Below, piece by piece: positions 55,601 to 64,000 of a DNA stretch of 64,000 bases (its first letter is position 1; every line of letters starts with the position of its first letter). Below the pieces are notes generated by a model. The model was given only the letters and a program-made list of their open reading frames with translations, was not told the origin of the DNA and ran no database searches. A program made the translations under genes and the position numbers. The DNA comes from a virus, in IMG/VR virus record IMGVR_UViG_3300047554_000255, positions 1-64,000 of that record. One strand, written 5' to 3'.

Positions 55601-58296
55601 TGTACTACTTTCTTTGCAGCCTTCATACGATTAGCTAAAGCAACAATACTTGTTGGATCTGCTAGGAAGTTATAAGCATTAAGATGTTCTTCAGAGTCAT
55701 TGTTTAACTGGATGTACTCTAATAGATCTTCGTAAGTCTCATCAATATCTGTATTAGATAAAAGAGCAGTGTTTAAACCAGCTTCTTCAGTCTTATAGTT
55801 AATGAATCTCTTGTAAGCATCTTTTGCATAACGTTGCTCACGCTTAGACATGTTAGTCTCATCGCGATTAGATAACTTCTCCCATGAGTCTAACCACTTT
55901 GCAATAGCTTGTAGTTGACGCTCTTTATACTTAAGAGTTTGTGCCTCTTCAGGAGTACGCTTCTTTACTTGTTTAAGGTTGTCTATCTCCTTTATAAGAA
56001 GATCCATCTCACCAAGCATCTTAGCTTGAGAACCTAATACTTTATATGCAGCAGAAGCGGCTCCTCCAAGGTTAGGATTAGCAGCAGCTCTTGTGTATAA
56101 GTTATTTGCTCTTTCAATAGCAGACTTTGCTTTGAATGAGTTTGTTGCAAGCATCTCAATATAATCATCAAGAACACTCTTTAACATCTGAGCATCTTTC
56201 TGACCTTGACTACCTTCAGCGTATAAATCTGGTTGGATTAAATCGCCATACTTTTCGTTTAACGTTTCCCATGTTTTGTTAAACGTTTCAACATCATCAG
56301 CAATCTTGTTAAAGTATTCCTTAACAGACTTAGCACTATCAACTGTTGGATCTAAGCCGTATGCTTCTTTTGCATCCTCAACACTAAATGATTCTCCTTG
56401 ACCTCTAATAGTATCAATCAAAGCAGAAACCATACCTGCTTTCTTTGCAGCTGAAACAGCTTTTGCAAATGCAGTATCTCTTGAGTTGTAGTAAGTATAC
56501 TTATCTTTATTACCAACAGCTTCCTGCATTGTAGCAGCAGCCTTATTTTGAACCTTAAAGTTTGCTATCTCATCTTTTAATACAGCATAAGGATTCTTGT
56601 AGAACTCGTTTATCGCAGCAACAGTAGCAGCCTTATCTTTCTTTATCTCTTCTCTCTGCTTATCAGTGGTCATCATACGTTCTTGTACTTTGCCCATTGT
56701 AAAGTTGATTGGAGATAATAATCGACCAGTAACAGCACCCATCAAGAATGTCTTCATTCCTTGAGTATCTGCTAATGGATTCTGAACACTACTCATGATA
56801 GCATCAGTCTTACCAGAGTATCCTTTCTTACCATGATATAAGTCATAGTAATAATCCTGAAGACCCTTGTTAGAACCTTCTTGGAATAACTCTTGTAAAC
56901 CTTCTGATGTCTCCCACTTGAATAAGTTCTTTCCAAGAAACTTACTTACTTGCCATGCTGCTTCCTTTTTACCAAAGTCAGTAGCAATCTCTTTTGCTGC
57001 ACCAAGAGCTCCTAATGAACCAACTTGATATACTTTAGTCAGTTCTTTATCAGCAACCTTACCTGATACCTTTAATACGTCATCAGCATATTGTCCAACA
57101 TTCTTGAATAATCTACGCTCAGCATTAAAGTGACCAAGCATGTTATCAAACTGGAATCTATTAAGAGCAAATAGCATACCAAAGTTAACGTTGAAGTTAT
57201 CTGAGGATGCATCTTTTGATACTCTATCAATACGCTCTAAATCTTCACCAACTGGTAACTCACCTGTTCTTTCAAGATGCTGTTCTGTTAAACGATCTTT
57301 AAGTTCTTTGTATGTACCAGCTGCTTCAAAAATGGCTTCTGAGCGAGCCATGTTAGCTTCACTTAACGTTCTTCTAAACCCACCAAAGGTTAACGCTGCA
57401 ATCTGAGCAGCACCTGCACCATTCTTACCAGCAACAACTGCTTTCTCAATAGCGTTTGTAGTAGATCCAATAGGATTAAACTTCTGGAAACCTTTCCATA
57501 TAGTCTTTGCTAATCCTTCTTGTTTATAAATATCTCCAAGTGATTTGTTTAATCTTGCAAACTCTTCAACGTCTTGAAGCTTATCAACCCCTTTCATGAA
57601 TCGCATTCCAAGCTTTGTAGCTGAGAATAAACTAGATGCACCAAAGGTTAATAACTCTTCTGATAAAGCTTGAGCAATCGCACCAACTGCAAAACCTGAG
57701 TTCTGAACAAGATCACCAAAGAATTGCTTGTTAAACACAGACTTCTCTGAATCAGCACTTCTAAAGATAGCGTACTTATTCATTACATCTTCTTGCATCT
57801 TTGCCATCTGATACATCTCTGTTTCATCTGGTTGTAGCTTTGATGCATCAAAAGAAGTCATTGCATCAGCAAGTCTTCCCCAACCTTTCCATCCTTCAAG
57901 GAATGTATTAGAAGCTAGACGACCTGCACCTGCAAAAGCATTACCCATTGTATCACCCCAAGTTTGTCTTGACGCATACAACTCTTCATTATTTCTTCTA
58001 GGATCAAAACCGAGCTCAGCAGAGTATGATGAGTTAGTATATCTATCTAACTGTGTCTGCTCAGGATTAAAGTTTATTGGCTGCATTTGAGTGGACAAAG
58101 AAGGTCCACCTGCCAATGCTCCTGATAAAAAAGAAGCCGTAGGATCAGCAGTAGATGAGCTAACTAGTTGTTGTGCTTGTTCTTGACCACGTTGCTCAAA
58201 AGGATCGATAAAATCTAACAGCTTTGGCTCTAAGTCTGGTGTTTTAATATCAGGACCTCCAAGGCTATTATTGAGCGAGTTTAATATAGACTCCAT
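52627..58296 (-). CDS. large virion cargo/ejection protein (1889 aa)
   Basis: Upstream of the RNAP; Gly/Ala-rich amphipathic N-terminal region, EGLQELFQE motif, acidic Pro/Glu linker. Confidence 0.75.
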   Translation of the reverse strand: MESILNSLNNSLGGPDIKTPDLEPKLLDFIDPFEQRGQEQAQQLVSSSTADPTASFLSGALAGGPSLSTQMQPINFNPEQTQLDRYTNSSYSAELGFDPRRNNEELYASRQTWGDTMGNAFAGAGRLASNTFLEGWKGWGRLADAMTSFDASKLQPDETEMYQMAKMQEDVMNKYAIFRSADSEKSVFNKQFFGDLVQNSGFAVGAIAQALSEELLTFGASSLFSATKLGMRFMKGVDKLQDVEEFARLNKSLGDIYKQEGLAKTIWKGFQKFNPIGSTTNAIEKAVVAGKNGAGAAQIAALTFGGFRRTLSEANMARSEAIFEAAGTYKELKDRLTEQHLERTGELPVGEDLERIDRVSKDASSDNFNVNFGMLFALNRFQFDNMLGHFNAERRLFKNVGQYADDVLKVSGKVADKELTKVYQVGSLGALGAAKEIATDFGKKEAAWQVSKFLGKNLFKWETSEGLQELFQEGSNKGLQDYYYDLYHGKKGYSGKTDAIMSSVQNPLADTQGMKTFLMGAVTGRLLSPINFTMGKVQERMMTTDKQREEIKKDKAATVAAINEFYKNPYAVLKDEIANFKVQNKAAATMQEAVGNKDKYTYYNSRDTAFAKAVSAAKKAGMVSALIDTIRGQGESFSVEDAKEAYGLDPTVDSAKSVKEYFNKIADDVETFNKTWETLNEKYGDLIQPDLYAEGSQGQKDAQMLKSVLDDYIEMLATNSFKAKSAIERANNLYTRAAANPNLGGAASAAYKVLGSQAKMLGEMDLLIKEIDNLKQVKKRTPEEAQTLKYKERQLQAIAKWLDSWEKLSNRDETNMSKREQRYAKDAYKRFINYKTEEAGLNTALLSNTDIDETYEDLLEYIQLNNDSEEHLNAYNFLADPTSIVALANRMKAAKKVVQEQLAKEAKDEATKSFTDALTGAVAPEDGENVTDADTSDLTEDVEDAANAPEGGTINVEALLADLKEGYIQVIKSQLEISEEGMGVMNPAAFVGFSTKGREILLNYGVNNKDIAFNIAHPSKENYTDVEFTYTGAKSSNNIPTEVAEPTEVEPTLEVSTEDQPVPVTPEEAVQVEQPPVVAEAPTETPVVVDEEQLDPEQEEYEANPNNSLEVNGVKFVLGNYIVPTDGSEIVVKIVSVGKDRVWVQHGNESEYELTDKQLADFLTNNAITVSSNPKAKTMVTPVATVTEAQKKEVQKAKEAQEEDVDLDALEYTTDNVDIDYVDGTNPDTSVEEDSRTPINSGSKINNASDNFVVYTDKKGVRRLKRTDGNESYPLILGTSRIQEGTPLMFEIDSNIADFDDYDYVQQTGITKRKKEDFFDADGKIKQEAIDDFPVAIYTMHNGKKIKLGYLPTVKFVTARYSDSGVLAHTKERIVTPDGTVIDNLAIQRQAILDHRKALFNGFNKDKATVFTSTVIAKSVGVLRTDGSKKPLKQALSKNTQVAIIKQGKVHVTDKYSESNLYVPNIITDGKANGWPVAIIPTPTGKRLASLVTVPVLKDGHIDFILGSWRAFHNYNVDVAAGKNGKDSDLAIIQAVYKAYGIEFIDGETADFARLSKYVNDYITHTSSKAYNPISQGKVHFNITPKGYLSIWQVNTGDKKKDSLIIGNLDEISEEKINKFYDIAANLRYSIRFGTEQSAGIGNDKLMTDLTINPDTGALEQSQPMTYNEYMLQTLETTLEEGRPYDEANTDADELVHFSNPVVVFGNIDSETPSSGTKPEVAPKAPAPIAPTLSTSDAISKLKEKQAKELELVRKPVLNGNEIIDDTDGSTIDEYDTAEEAINALPEQVKYYEEKAKEIDARYTMLIAEEEAKVNDSAYINVTDTSKSQAPLSQEEALAKFMDMDFGQQFGTNQTVNKDLIKGNDDELKSIATTTKKLENENKLNKKCN

Positions 58297-58299
58297 CTA

Positions 58300-61200
58300 T
58301 TACTGGTTATTTAATAAATCTCCTAATGTAACATTACTTTGTTGCTTTGGTGCAGCAGCAATTCTAAAATCTCTTAACCGCTTGTAGTTTTCTATTTTTT
58401 GCTTTTGAATATACTGATACAACTCTTCAGGAGCCATTTGAGCATATGATATGTTTTGCCAACTACCCTCAACAAACTCATTCTCCCCAGCAATAATTGT
58501 TTTACCATCTGGACCAACTTCCTGTCTTAAGTTTTTTTGATCTATCTTAATCATTACACCATCTCCAGTTGAGTTTTGTTTAAGGATGTATTTAAAACCA
58601 CCTACTTCATCCATTTGATTGCTCTTTAGAATCTCACCTTGAGTAAGAACCTTTGAGATATAACCAGCTTCTTGAACAGATGGTGCATTCTTTAACTTAA
58701 TACCATTAGCAAGGTTTACTTCAATACCTAAGCGACCAATAGCAGCAATCGACTTTTCATCTAATATACCACTACCTGACTTACTCTCTTCTTTTAAAAG
58801 CTCTTGCTTATACCCAATGATTACAGAAGGATTACCGTTTTTACCTATTGTTGTATAATCAACACGACCTAATGCATTACCACCATCTCTTGCTGTTGTA
58901 TTAAAGAAGGTGATAACTTTTTCTCTATCAGCACCAAGTTGTACTAAAGCATCAATGTTAGCAACACCGCCATTACCATCAGCTTGTTCAAAGTTACTAC
59001 CAGCTAAAGCTTCAGTAACTAATAACTGACCCTTATCTAAAGTATCACGCTTACCATCTGATGTATAAGTAGTAACCATACCTACTTTACCTAATCTATC
59101 AATATAGTATTTAGCGTTCGGTACAATCTCAGACTGAACAGATTTATACAAGGGAGCTAGTTTTGCAAAGTCATAATCATCTTTAAACTTTGAAATATAA
59201 CCGCTAACATTATACTCCTCACCAGTACTTTTTGATACTACATACTGTCTTCCAGAATGATAGTTTCCTGCTTTATCAGACCATGGTATATCATATTTAA
59301 CAACACCATCACCTGAATATAGCATAGATACTAGATCTTTAGTTGATATCTCCTTAGAACTAATACTATATTTTTTACTTGCAATAGATGTAAGTGTGGA
59401 AGGATCTAATACTTTATAATTACCAGGAGTTCCTGTTCTAATAGGAGCATACTTATCATTAGCAAGAGCCTTATTAACTAAATCTTTTTGCTCTTTACTC
59501 TGTAAGCCCCATTCATTTATAGCATCTCTTGATTGCTCTAACTCATTATATATATCTAACTCGTTATCAGTAGCTTTACCACTCTTGTACTTCTCACTAT
59601 ACTTATTATACATCCAAGATGTAATTGCATTAACTACACGAGTTGGTCCAGAAGCATAGTCATACTTAGCATCAGCAGGTATAATACCTTTTTCTTTTAG
59701 CTTTGTAAAAACCTCATCTTTGTATTTAGTTTTTGCAGAAGCAGGAGTAACACCATCAGCTGCACGTAATGACTTAACAAAATCAGTAGGTAATATACCT
59801 TGTAAATCTGCGTCTTTCTCTATAGCACTAAAGATACTGTTATATGCTGAGTAACGCTGCTTTGTAACATTATCAACATATACTTCATAAGCATTAGCTT
59901 TTGTGATCTGAGCTTGAGTATTGATACCAGTAACCATTGGTGTATCAAACTGAGTCTTTCCTTTTCCTTCTGGAGTAGTATCTTGACCGTTTAATGTAGC
60001 ATTATTACTACCACCTCCAAAACTAATCTGTGGACTACCATCAGGACCAACACCAAGAATAGCTTTACCTGTCCCACTAAAAGGATATTCTCCTCTTGCA
60101 ACAGCTTTTGTAAACTCAAACTGTGCTTTCTTAAGATCAAGATCTTCAAGCTTTACTCTTAAATCATCAGTTGCAAAAAAAGCATCGTTCTTCTTAACAT
60201 CTTGTTTAATATTAGAAGCTAATGCATTTGCTATATCGTTAATCTTCTTCATCTTACCATACTGGGTAAAATAAACAGGACCGTTTGCTGTAACACCTCT
60301 AAGATTAGAATCGTAGTTTTTATCAATATCTGTTAAACGTTCATCATAATCTGAGATCTGTTTGCCATATTGTTTTTTAGCTTCTTCTAGTTCCCTATAC
60401 TTCTGCATTAAAGCTGCAGAGTTATTCGGAGTTACTTTAGTTTTCTTAAGCTCTTCTAACTGTGAATCAATACCAGCAATGTTTGCGGTAAGTTCTACTT
60501 TACCACTCTCATAAGTCTTTCTTGTATCTGCAAGATAATCTTTACCGATCATCTGTTTTGCTTCTATCTCAGATACTCCAAACTGATTCATCTTCTCTTT
60601 TACAGAACGCTCATGAGCAACTGTCATCTCCATTCGTAGATAGTCATCATACTCTGGCTTCCAGTTAGCTTGCATAAAGTTCTTGTAAGATTGTAATGAC
60701 TTAACACCATTTGTTGTGGTTACAATCTGTGGACCAGATGCATCAACTGTTTGTATTTCAAATCCATACTCCTTACGTAGTTTTTCCATATCCCCAGCAA
60801 TATTCTGAGCTCTAATAAAACGACGCTGTTGTACTTTTGCAAAGTCTTCTTCAGTTCTATTTGCTGTACGTAAAGGATCTAAACCGTTCTGAATATACTG
60901 AATAGCAGTATCACTATACGTAGCTCTAATCTTTTCGTCTGTTGAATCTCTTGCAGCAAATGCTTTACTTATTTCAGACTGAGCTTGTTTAGTATAAGCC
61001 ATGTCTTTTAACATAAACTTATCTTGCCAGAATGGAGCAAATACAGACTGAGCCTCATCAACGTTTCTACCTTCAGATAAATCCATACTAGATATATCTT
61101 TAAGACGTTGCTGTGCTTGCTGTAAGTATTGAGTTCTTAAGACTTCGTTATTCTGATTAGTTAATGGAGCATTGACAATAGAATCGTTTGCAGCTTTTAT

Positions 61201-61332
61201 TTGATTAAAGCCTTGCTCATACATAGCTGACCTCCGTTGTAACAACGTGCCTATTGCTCCAAAGTCTGGAGTAAATAAAGGAAGAGGAGCTATTGCGTTA
61301 TTCCCTGAAGGATATGGATTTACTGATGCCAT
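58300..61332 (-). CDS. large virion protein (1010 aa)
   Basis: Cys-free, coiled-coil-rich; part of the cargo gene cluster. Confidence 0.7.
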   Translation of the reverse strand: MASVNPYPSGNNAIAPLPLFTPDFGAIGTLLQRRSAMYEQGFNQIKAANDSIVNAPLTNQNNEVLRTQYLQQAQQRLKDISSMDLSEGRNVDEAQSVFAPFWQDKFMLKDMAYTKQAQSEISKAFAARDSTDEKIRATYSDTAIQYIQNGLDPLRTANRTEEDFAKVQQRRFIRAQNIAGDMEKLRKEYGFEIQTVDASGPQIVTTTNGVKSLQSYKNFMQANWKPEYDDYLRMEMTVAHERSVKEKMNQFGVSEIEAKQMIGKDYLADTRKTYESGKVELTANIAGIDSQLEELKKTKVTPNNSAALMQKYRELEEAKKQYGKQISDYDERLTDIDKNYDSNLRGVTANGPVYFTQYGKMKKINDIANALASNIKQDVKKNDAFFATDDLRVKLEDLDLKKAQFEFTKAVARGEYPFSGTGKAILGVGPDGSPQISFGGGSNNATLNGQDTTPEGKGKTQFDTPMVTGINTQAQITKANAYEVYVDNVTKQRYSAYNSIFSAIEKDADLQGILPTDFVKSLRAADGVTPASAKTKYKDEVFTKLKEKGIIPADAKYDYASGPTRVVNAITSWMYNKYSEKYKSGKATDNELDIYNELEQSRDAINEWGLQSKEQKDLVNKALANDKYAPIRTGTPGNYKVLDPSTLTSIASKKYSISSKEISTKDLVSMLYSGDGVVKYDIPWSDKAGNYHSGRQYVVSKSTGEEYNVSGYISKFKDDYDFAKLAPLYKSVQSEIVPNAKYYIDRLGKVGMVTTYTSDGKRDTLDKGQLLVTEALAGSNFEQADGNGGVANIDALVQLGADREKVITFFNTTARDGGNALGRVDYTTIGKNGNPSVIIGYKQELLKEESKSGSGILDEKSIAAIGRLGIEVNLANGIKLKNAPSVQEAGYISKVLTQGEILKSNQMDEVGGFKYILKQNSTGDGVMIKIDQKNLRQEVGPDGKTIIAGENEFVEGSWQNISYAQMAPEELYQYIQKQKIENYKRLRDFRIAAAPKQQSNVTLGDLLNNQ

Positions 61333-61334
61333 AG

Positions 61335-61379
61335 TACATTAATAATATACACAAAAATATGTTAAGTTTAAACTTAAAC
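61335..61379 (-). promoter_or_regulatory. candidate late promoter (GTTTAAGTT-N21-TATATTATTAATGTA)
   Basis: Intergenic, directly upstream of the cargo genes; resembles 27865-27904. Confidence 0.45.
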
Positions 61380-61388
61380 TTATTGGGT

Positions 61389-64000
61389 TTAACGTTGCCC
61401 GAACATTGCTAAGAATGGATTAACAGCACCCATCATACTTGCTACTTGCTTGTCTGGATACCCATCGTAGTTACTATCTGTTGTAGTTCTAGTTGATTTA
61501 CCAGATAACTGTGATTCTGCCCACTTCTCAGCCATTGCTTGAGGCATACCTAATGTTTTAGTTGCATAAGCTAACAAATCAGGATATGTATTCATACCTG
61601 CAGCAGAACTACCAGTTGTTGAGTTAAAAGGATTCTTACCACCTTTAAATGTAGATCTACCAGTAATAGGATCCATTGCAAAGTATGGATTAGATCTATT
61701 AACCATATCAAGCATAGCTCTATTCATAAATGCATTCTGATATGCAGCTAATGTTTGCTTATCAGCAGCATCTCTCATTGAGAAGTTCTCTAAGTTATAC
61801 TTATTAACCATCTCACCTAACATATTAGCAGCTTGTGCTCTTTGTGCTAAGTTTTGATTCTCAAGGGCAGTGTTTGTAGCATTAACTTGATTAGCAATAC
61901 CAACGTTCTGCATGTTTGTTGCAGCACCAATATTTGATATAGCTTCTAGTTGCTTACCTGCTATTTGACTAGCTCCTGCAAGATTAGCTTGTGGTCTACC
62001 AAATGTACGTAAGCCTTGGTTCTGCATGTTTGCTTGTTCAGCAACTGCAGCATACTGTCTTGTAGGATCAGCAAATGCAGCTTCTTGTTTTACATAATCA
62101 GGAGCTTGAACAAACGGAGTCATTGTTGGAACACCAGCTCTTGTAAATAAAGATTGTAGCATTGCTAACTTATCTGGTGTCATATAAGAAAATCTATCAG
62201 CAGATTGCTTTTTAGCTACTTGTTTTACTGAAGCTTGCTTAGCTGCTACTGGTGCTGTTTCTTCAGGTCCCATTTGAGCTTCGTCATCACCTGTCCAATA
62301 AGATACAGGTTTTGTTTGTCCAATAACTGGTTGTTGAATATTAACTGGAAGACCTGGCTTCTTTAAAGGAAGCTTATTATAAGGAGTTAATGAAGGAGTA
62401 CTATACGTTAACTCACCAAACTTATCATCTGTAGCAAGAGGAGAAAGACCCGCTGCTATCAACTGTGGATTAACATACTCTTGGAAAGCTCTTGTAGCAC
62501 CAGGTATTCTTGGATCCCATGTTGGAGCGTTTTGGAAGAACTCTGGGAATCTTTGCTTAAAGTCTGCTTGATGTGCAGCATCCCACCAGTTCTCTTCTCC
62601 GTATACACCAGCTTTAGTTTTTGATTGCATTACAGGAACTGATCCTGGAGTACGTGCGTTCAACGGCATGCCAACATTATAGTTTGGCATCAATGAACTA
62701 AGAGTAGCTTGATCTTGTGGAGAATAAACTGGAACTCTCTGTACTTGACCTGCTGTTTGATATTCAACAAGACCACCATCTTCTTTTGCAAAGTTTCTAG
62801 CAAAGTTAGCTTTCTTAACCATCTCTGGTGAATACTCATCTTTATTTGCTAAGATGTGTGCAGCAGCTTCTTGAGTGCTCATACCCATGCGTGTAGCTTG
62901 AGCTTTGAATGTACCTTTCTTTGATGGATCTAAATGAATACCACCATAAGCCATATTAGATGTAATCTTTTCTTGAACGTAATCTGGTAAAGCTTTGAAG
63001 CCTGGATTATTAATACCACCTTCTTGATACCATGCATTACCTGAGAATGTTGAACCACCACGCTTTTGATACTCCATAGCTTCAGGTGATTGTTCCATAC
63101 CTTGCGGTTCTTGCATTCCTTGTAACTGTTCTGCAATCTCTGGAGGTAAAGCCATCATAGCAGCTTGAGGGATACCTTGAGGGAACCCTTTCTTTGCTTC
63201 TTGAGCTAACGCTAACTGGGCAAGCTTTAACTTGTTGTTGTTCATCATCATCTCAGCAGTACGTTTCTGATACTGATCTGCATTTGGATCTGCTAAGATA
63301 GCTTTATATTTGTTTATTTCATACTGTTTAGCTAAATCAGCAGGAGTATATCCTTTGCTTGAACCAACAGATTTACCAAACTGAGCTAAAGCTTGACCTT
63401 TTAACTTCATGCTTTTTGTATCAGAATAGATAAATGTACCTGGTTGTAAGTTTAATGGAGTACCACCTTGCGAGTGACGCTTACCGCCAATCTTTGAGTG
63501 TTCCATCTCACCATCGTTATCTAAGTCACCATACGCAGTTTCACCACGTTCAGCTTCTAAGTTTGCCATATCTCTTGGTACAGCTTGTAAGGTATCTTTA
63601 ACAACATATGGATCTGGTTGACCCATCTCATTATCAATAACACGAGAACCAAGATCTAAACCAAGACCAGATTGTCCACCGTAAGCCATCATCTCACCGC
63701 CTTCTTCTCTACCAAAGATATTCTGTGGCATATAGAAAGGACGCTTTGAATCCCAACCATCACCCATCTGATCACCAGGTATTCTGTTACGAGTCCAGTT
63801 TGGCATATTAGTAACTACAGGTGTTTGCTTCTTACCTTTTTTTGCAGGTAAGTTTGGATAAAATACAGGACCTTGGATTATTGATTCCCAAACAGATGGA
63901 GCATCATCCCAACCATCTCCATAGTTTGCAGCACCAACAAAAGGTTGTGGGATATATCTAATACCGCTTGCAGGAAGTGGTCCTTGATCTTCCCAAGAAT
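61389..64000 (-). CDS. crAss-like virion protein with xxGG-delimited modules (5' end outside window)
   Basis: ANLEAERGET...GGKRHSQGGTPL motif; the frame stays open from 63806 to the window edge (SWEDQGPLP...VVTN-MPN). Confidence 0.7.
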   Translation of the reverse strand, partial: SWEDQGPLPASGIRYIPQPFVGAANYGDGWDDAPSVWESIIQGPVFYPNLPAKKGKKQTPVVTNMPNWTRNRIPGDQMGDGWDSKRPFYMPQNIFGREEGGEMMAYGGQSGLGLDLGSRVIDNEMGQPDPYVVKDTLQAVPRDMANLEAERGETAYGDLDNDGEMEHSKIGGKRHSQGGTPLNLQPGTFIYSDTKSMKLKGQALAQFGKSVGSSKGYTPADLAKQYEINKYKAILADPNADQYQKRTAEMMMNNNKLKLAQLALAQEAKKGFPQGIPQAAMMALPPEIAEQLQGMQEPQGMEQSPEAMEYQKRGGSTFSGNAWYQEGGINNPGFKALPDYVQEKITSNMAYGGIHLDPSKKGTFKAQATRMGMSTQEAAAHILANKDEYSPEMVKKANFARNFAKEDGGLVEYQTAGQVQRVPVYSPQDQATLSSLMPNYNVGMPLNARTPGSVPVMQSKTKAGVYGEENWWDAAHQADFKQRFPEFFQNAPTWDPRIPGATRAFQEYVNPQLIAAGLSPLATDDKFGELTYSTPSLTPYNKLPLKKPGLPVNIQQPVIGQTKPVSYWTGDDEAQMGPEETAPVAAKQASVKQVAKKQSADRFSYMTPDKLAMLQSLFTRAGVPTMTPFVQAPDYVKQEAAFADPTRQYAAVAEQANMQNQGLRTFGRPQANLAGASQIAGKQLEAISNIGAATNMQNVGIANQVNATNTALENQNLAQRAQAANMLGEMVNKYNLENFSMRDAADKQTLAAYQNAFMNRAMLDMVNRSNPYFAMDPITGRSTFKGGKNPFNSTTGSSAAGMNTYPDLLAYATKTLGMPQAMAEKWAESQLSGKSTRTTTDSNYDGYPDKQVASMMGAVNPFLAMFGQR

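Noticed and set aside
41679-63136. Short opposite-strand or off-frame ORFs inside the giant genes
   Set aside because: Fully nested, 60-115 aa, with no motifs; consistent with codon-bias shadows
1-64000. Stop-codon reassignment (TAG=Gln or TGA=Trp), known in some crAss-like phages
   Set aside because: Genes up to 8.5 kb are uninterrupted in code 11, and TAA, TAG and TGA all end genes at sensible boundaries
1-64000. tRNA genes, CRISPR arrays, integrase, transposase or diversity-generating retroelement
   Set aside because: No cloverleaf with a T-loop, no regular repeat-spacer array and no RT or recombinase motifs seen; intergenic gaps are short

Overview
This window is part of an AT-rich (~35% GC) crAss-like (Crassvirales-type) phage genome in the standard genetic code. 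Host-type TAnnTTTG promoters and Bacteroidota-style signal peptides point to a Bacteroidota host. There are four blocks. (1) 1-17.9 kb, + strand: early/accessory genes, including two metallophosphoesterases, a spore-photoproduct-lyase-like radical SAM enzyme, an HNH protein, a DUF6915/DUF6878/DUF6745-like module, an SF2 helicase, uracil-DNA glycosylase and a MoxR AAA+/VWA pair. (2) 17.9-27.8 kb, - strand: tail-appendage-like genes, holin/spanin candidates, a GH19 endolysin, then an 8-gene exported/envelope cassette (two CsgG-like paralogues, a cohesin/dockerin protein, a T9SS-CTD-like lipoprotein, an autotransporter-like protein). (3) 27.9-40.3 kb, + strand: replication and nucleotide metabolism (DnaB, Sak4-like ATPase, primase, GIY-YIG, PD-(D/E)XK nuclease, PolB, HAD, dUTPase, dNMP kinase). 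(4) 40.3-64 kb, - strand: giant virion cargo genes including the DFDVD-motif virion RNA polymerase. The most striking observation is that the ~7,800 aa of cargo proteins seen here contain only four cysteines, all at the facing termini of three consecutive proteins, suggesting head-to-tail covalent chaining of ejected proteins. All family assignments come from motif recognition by eye; no database searches were run.
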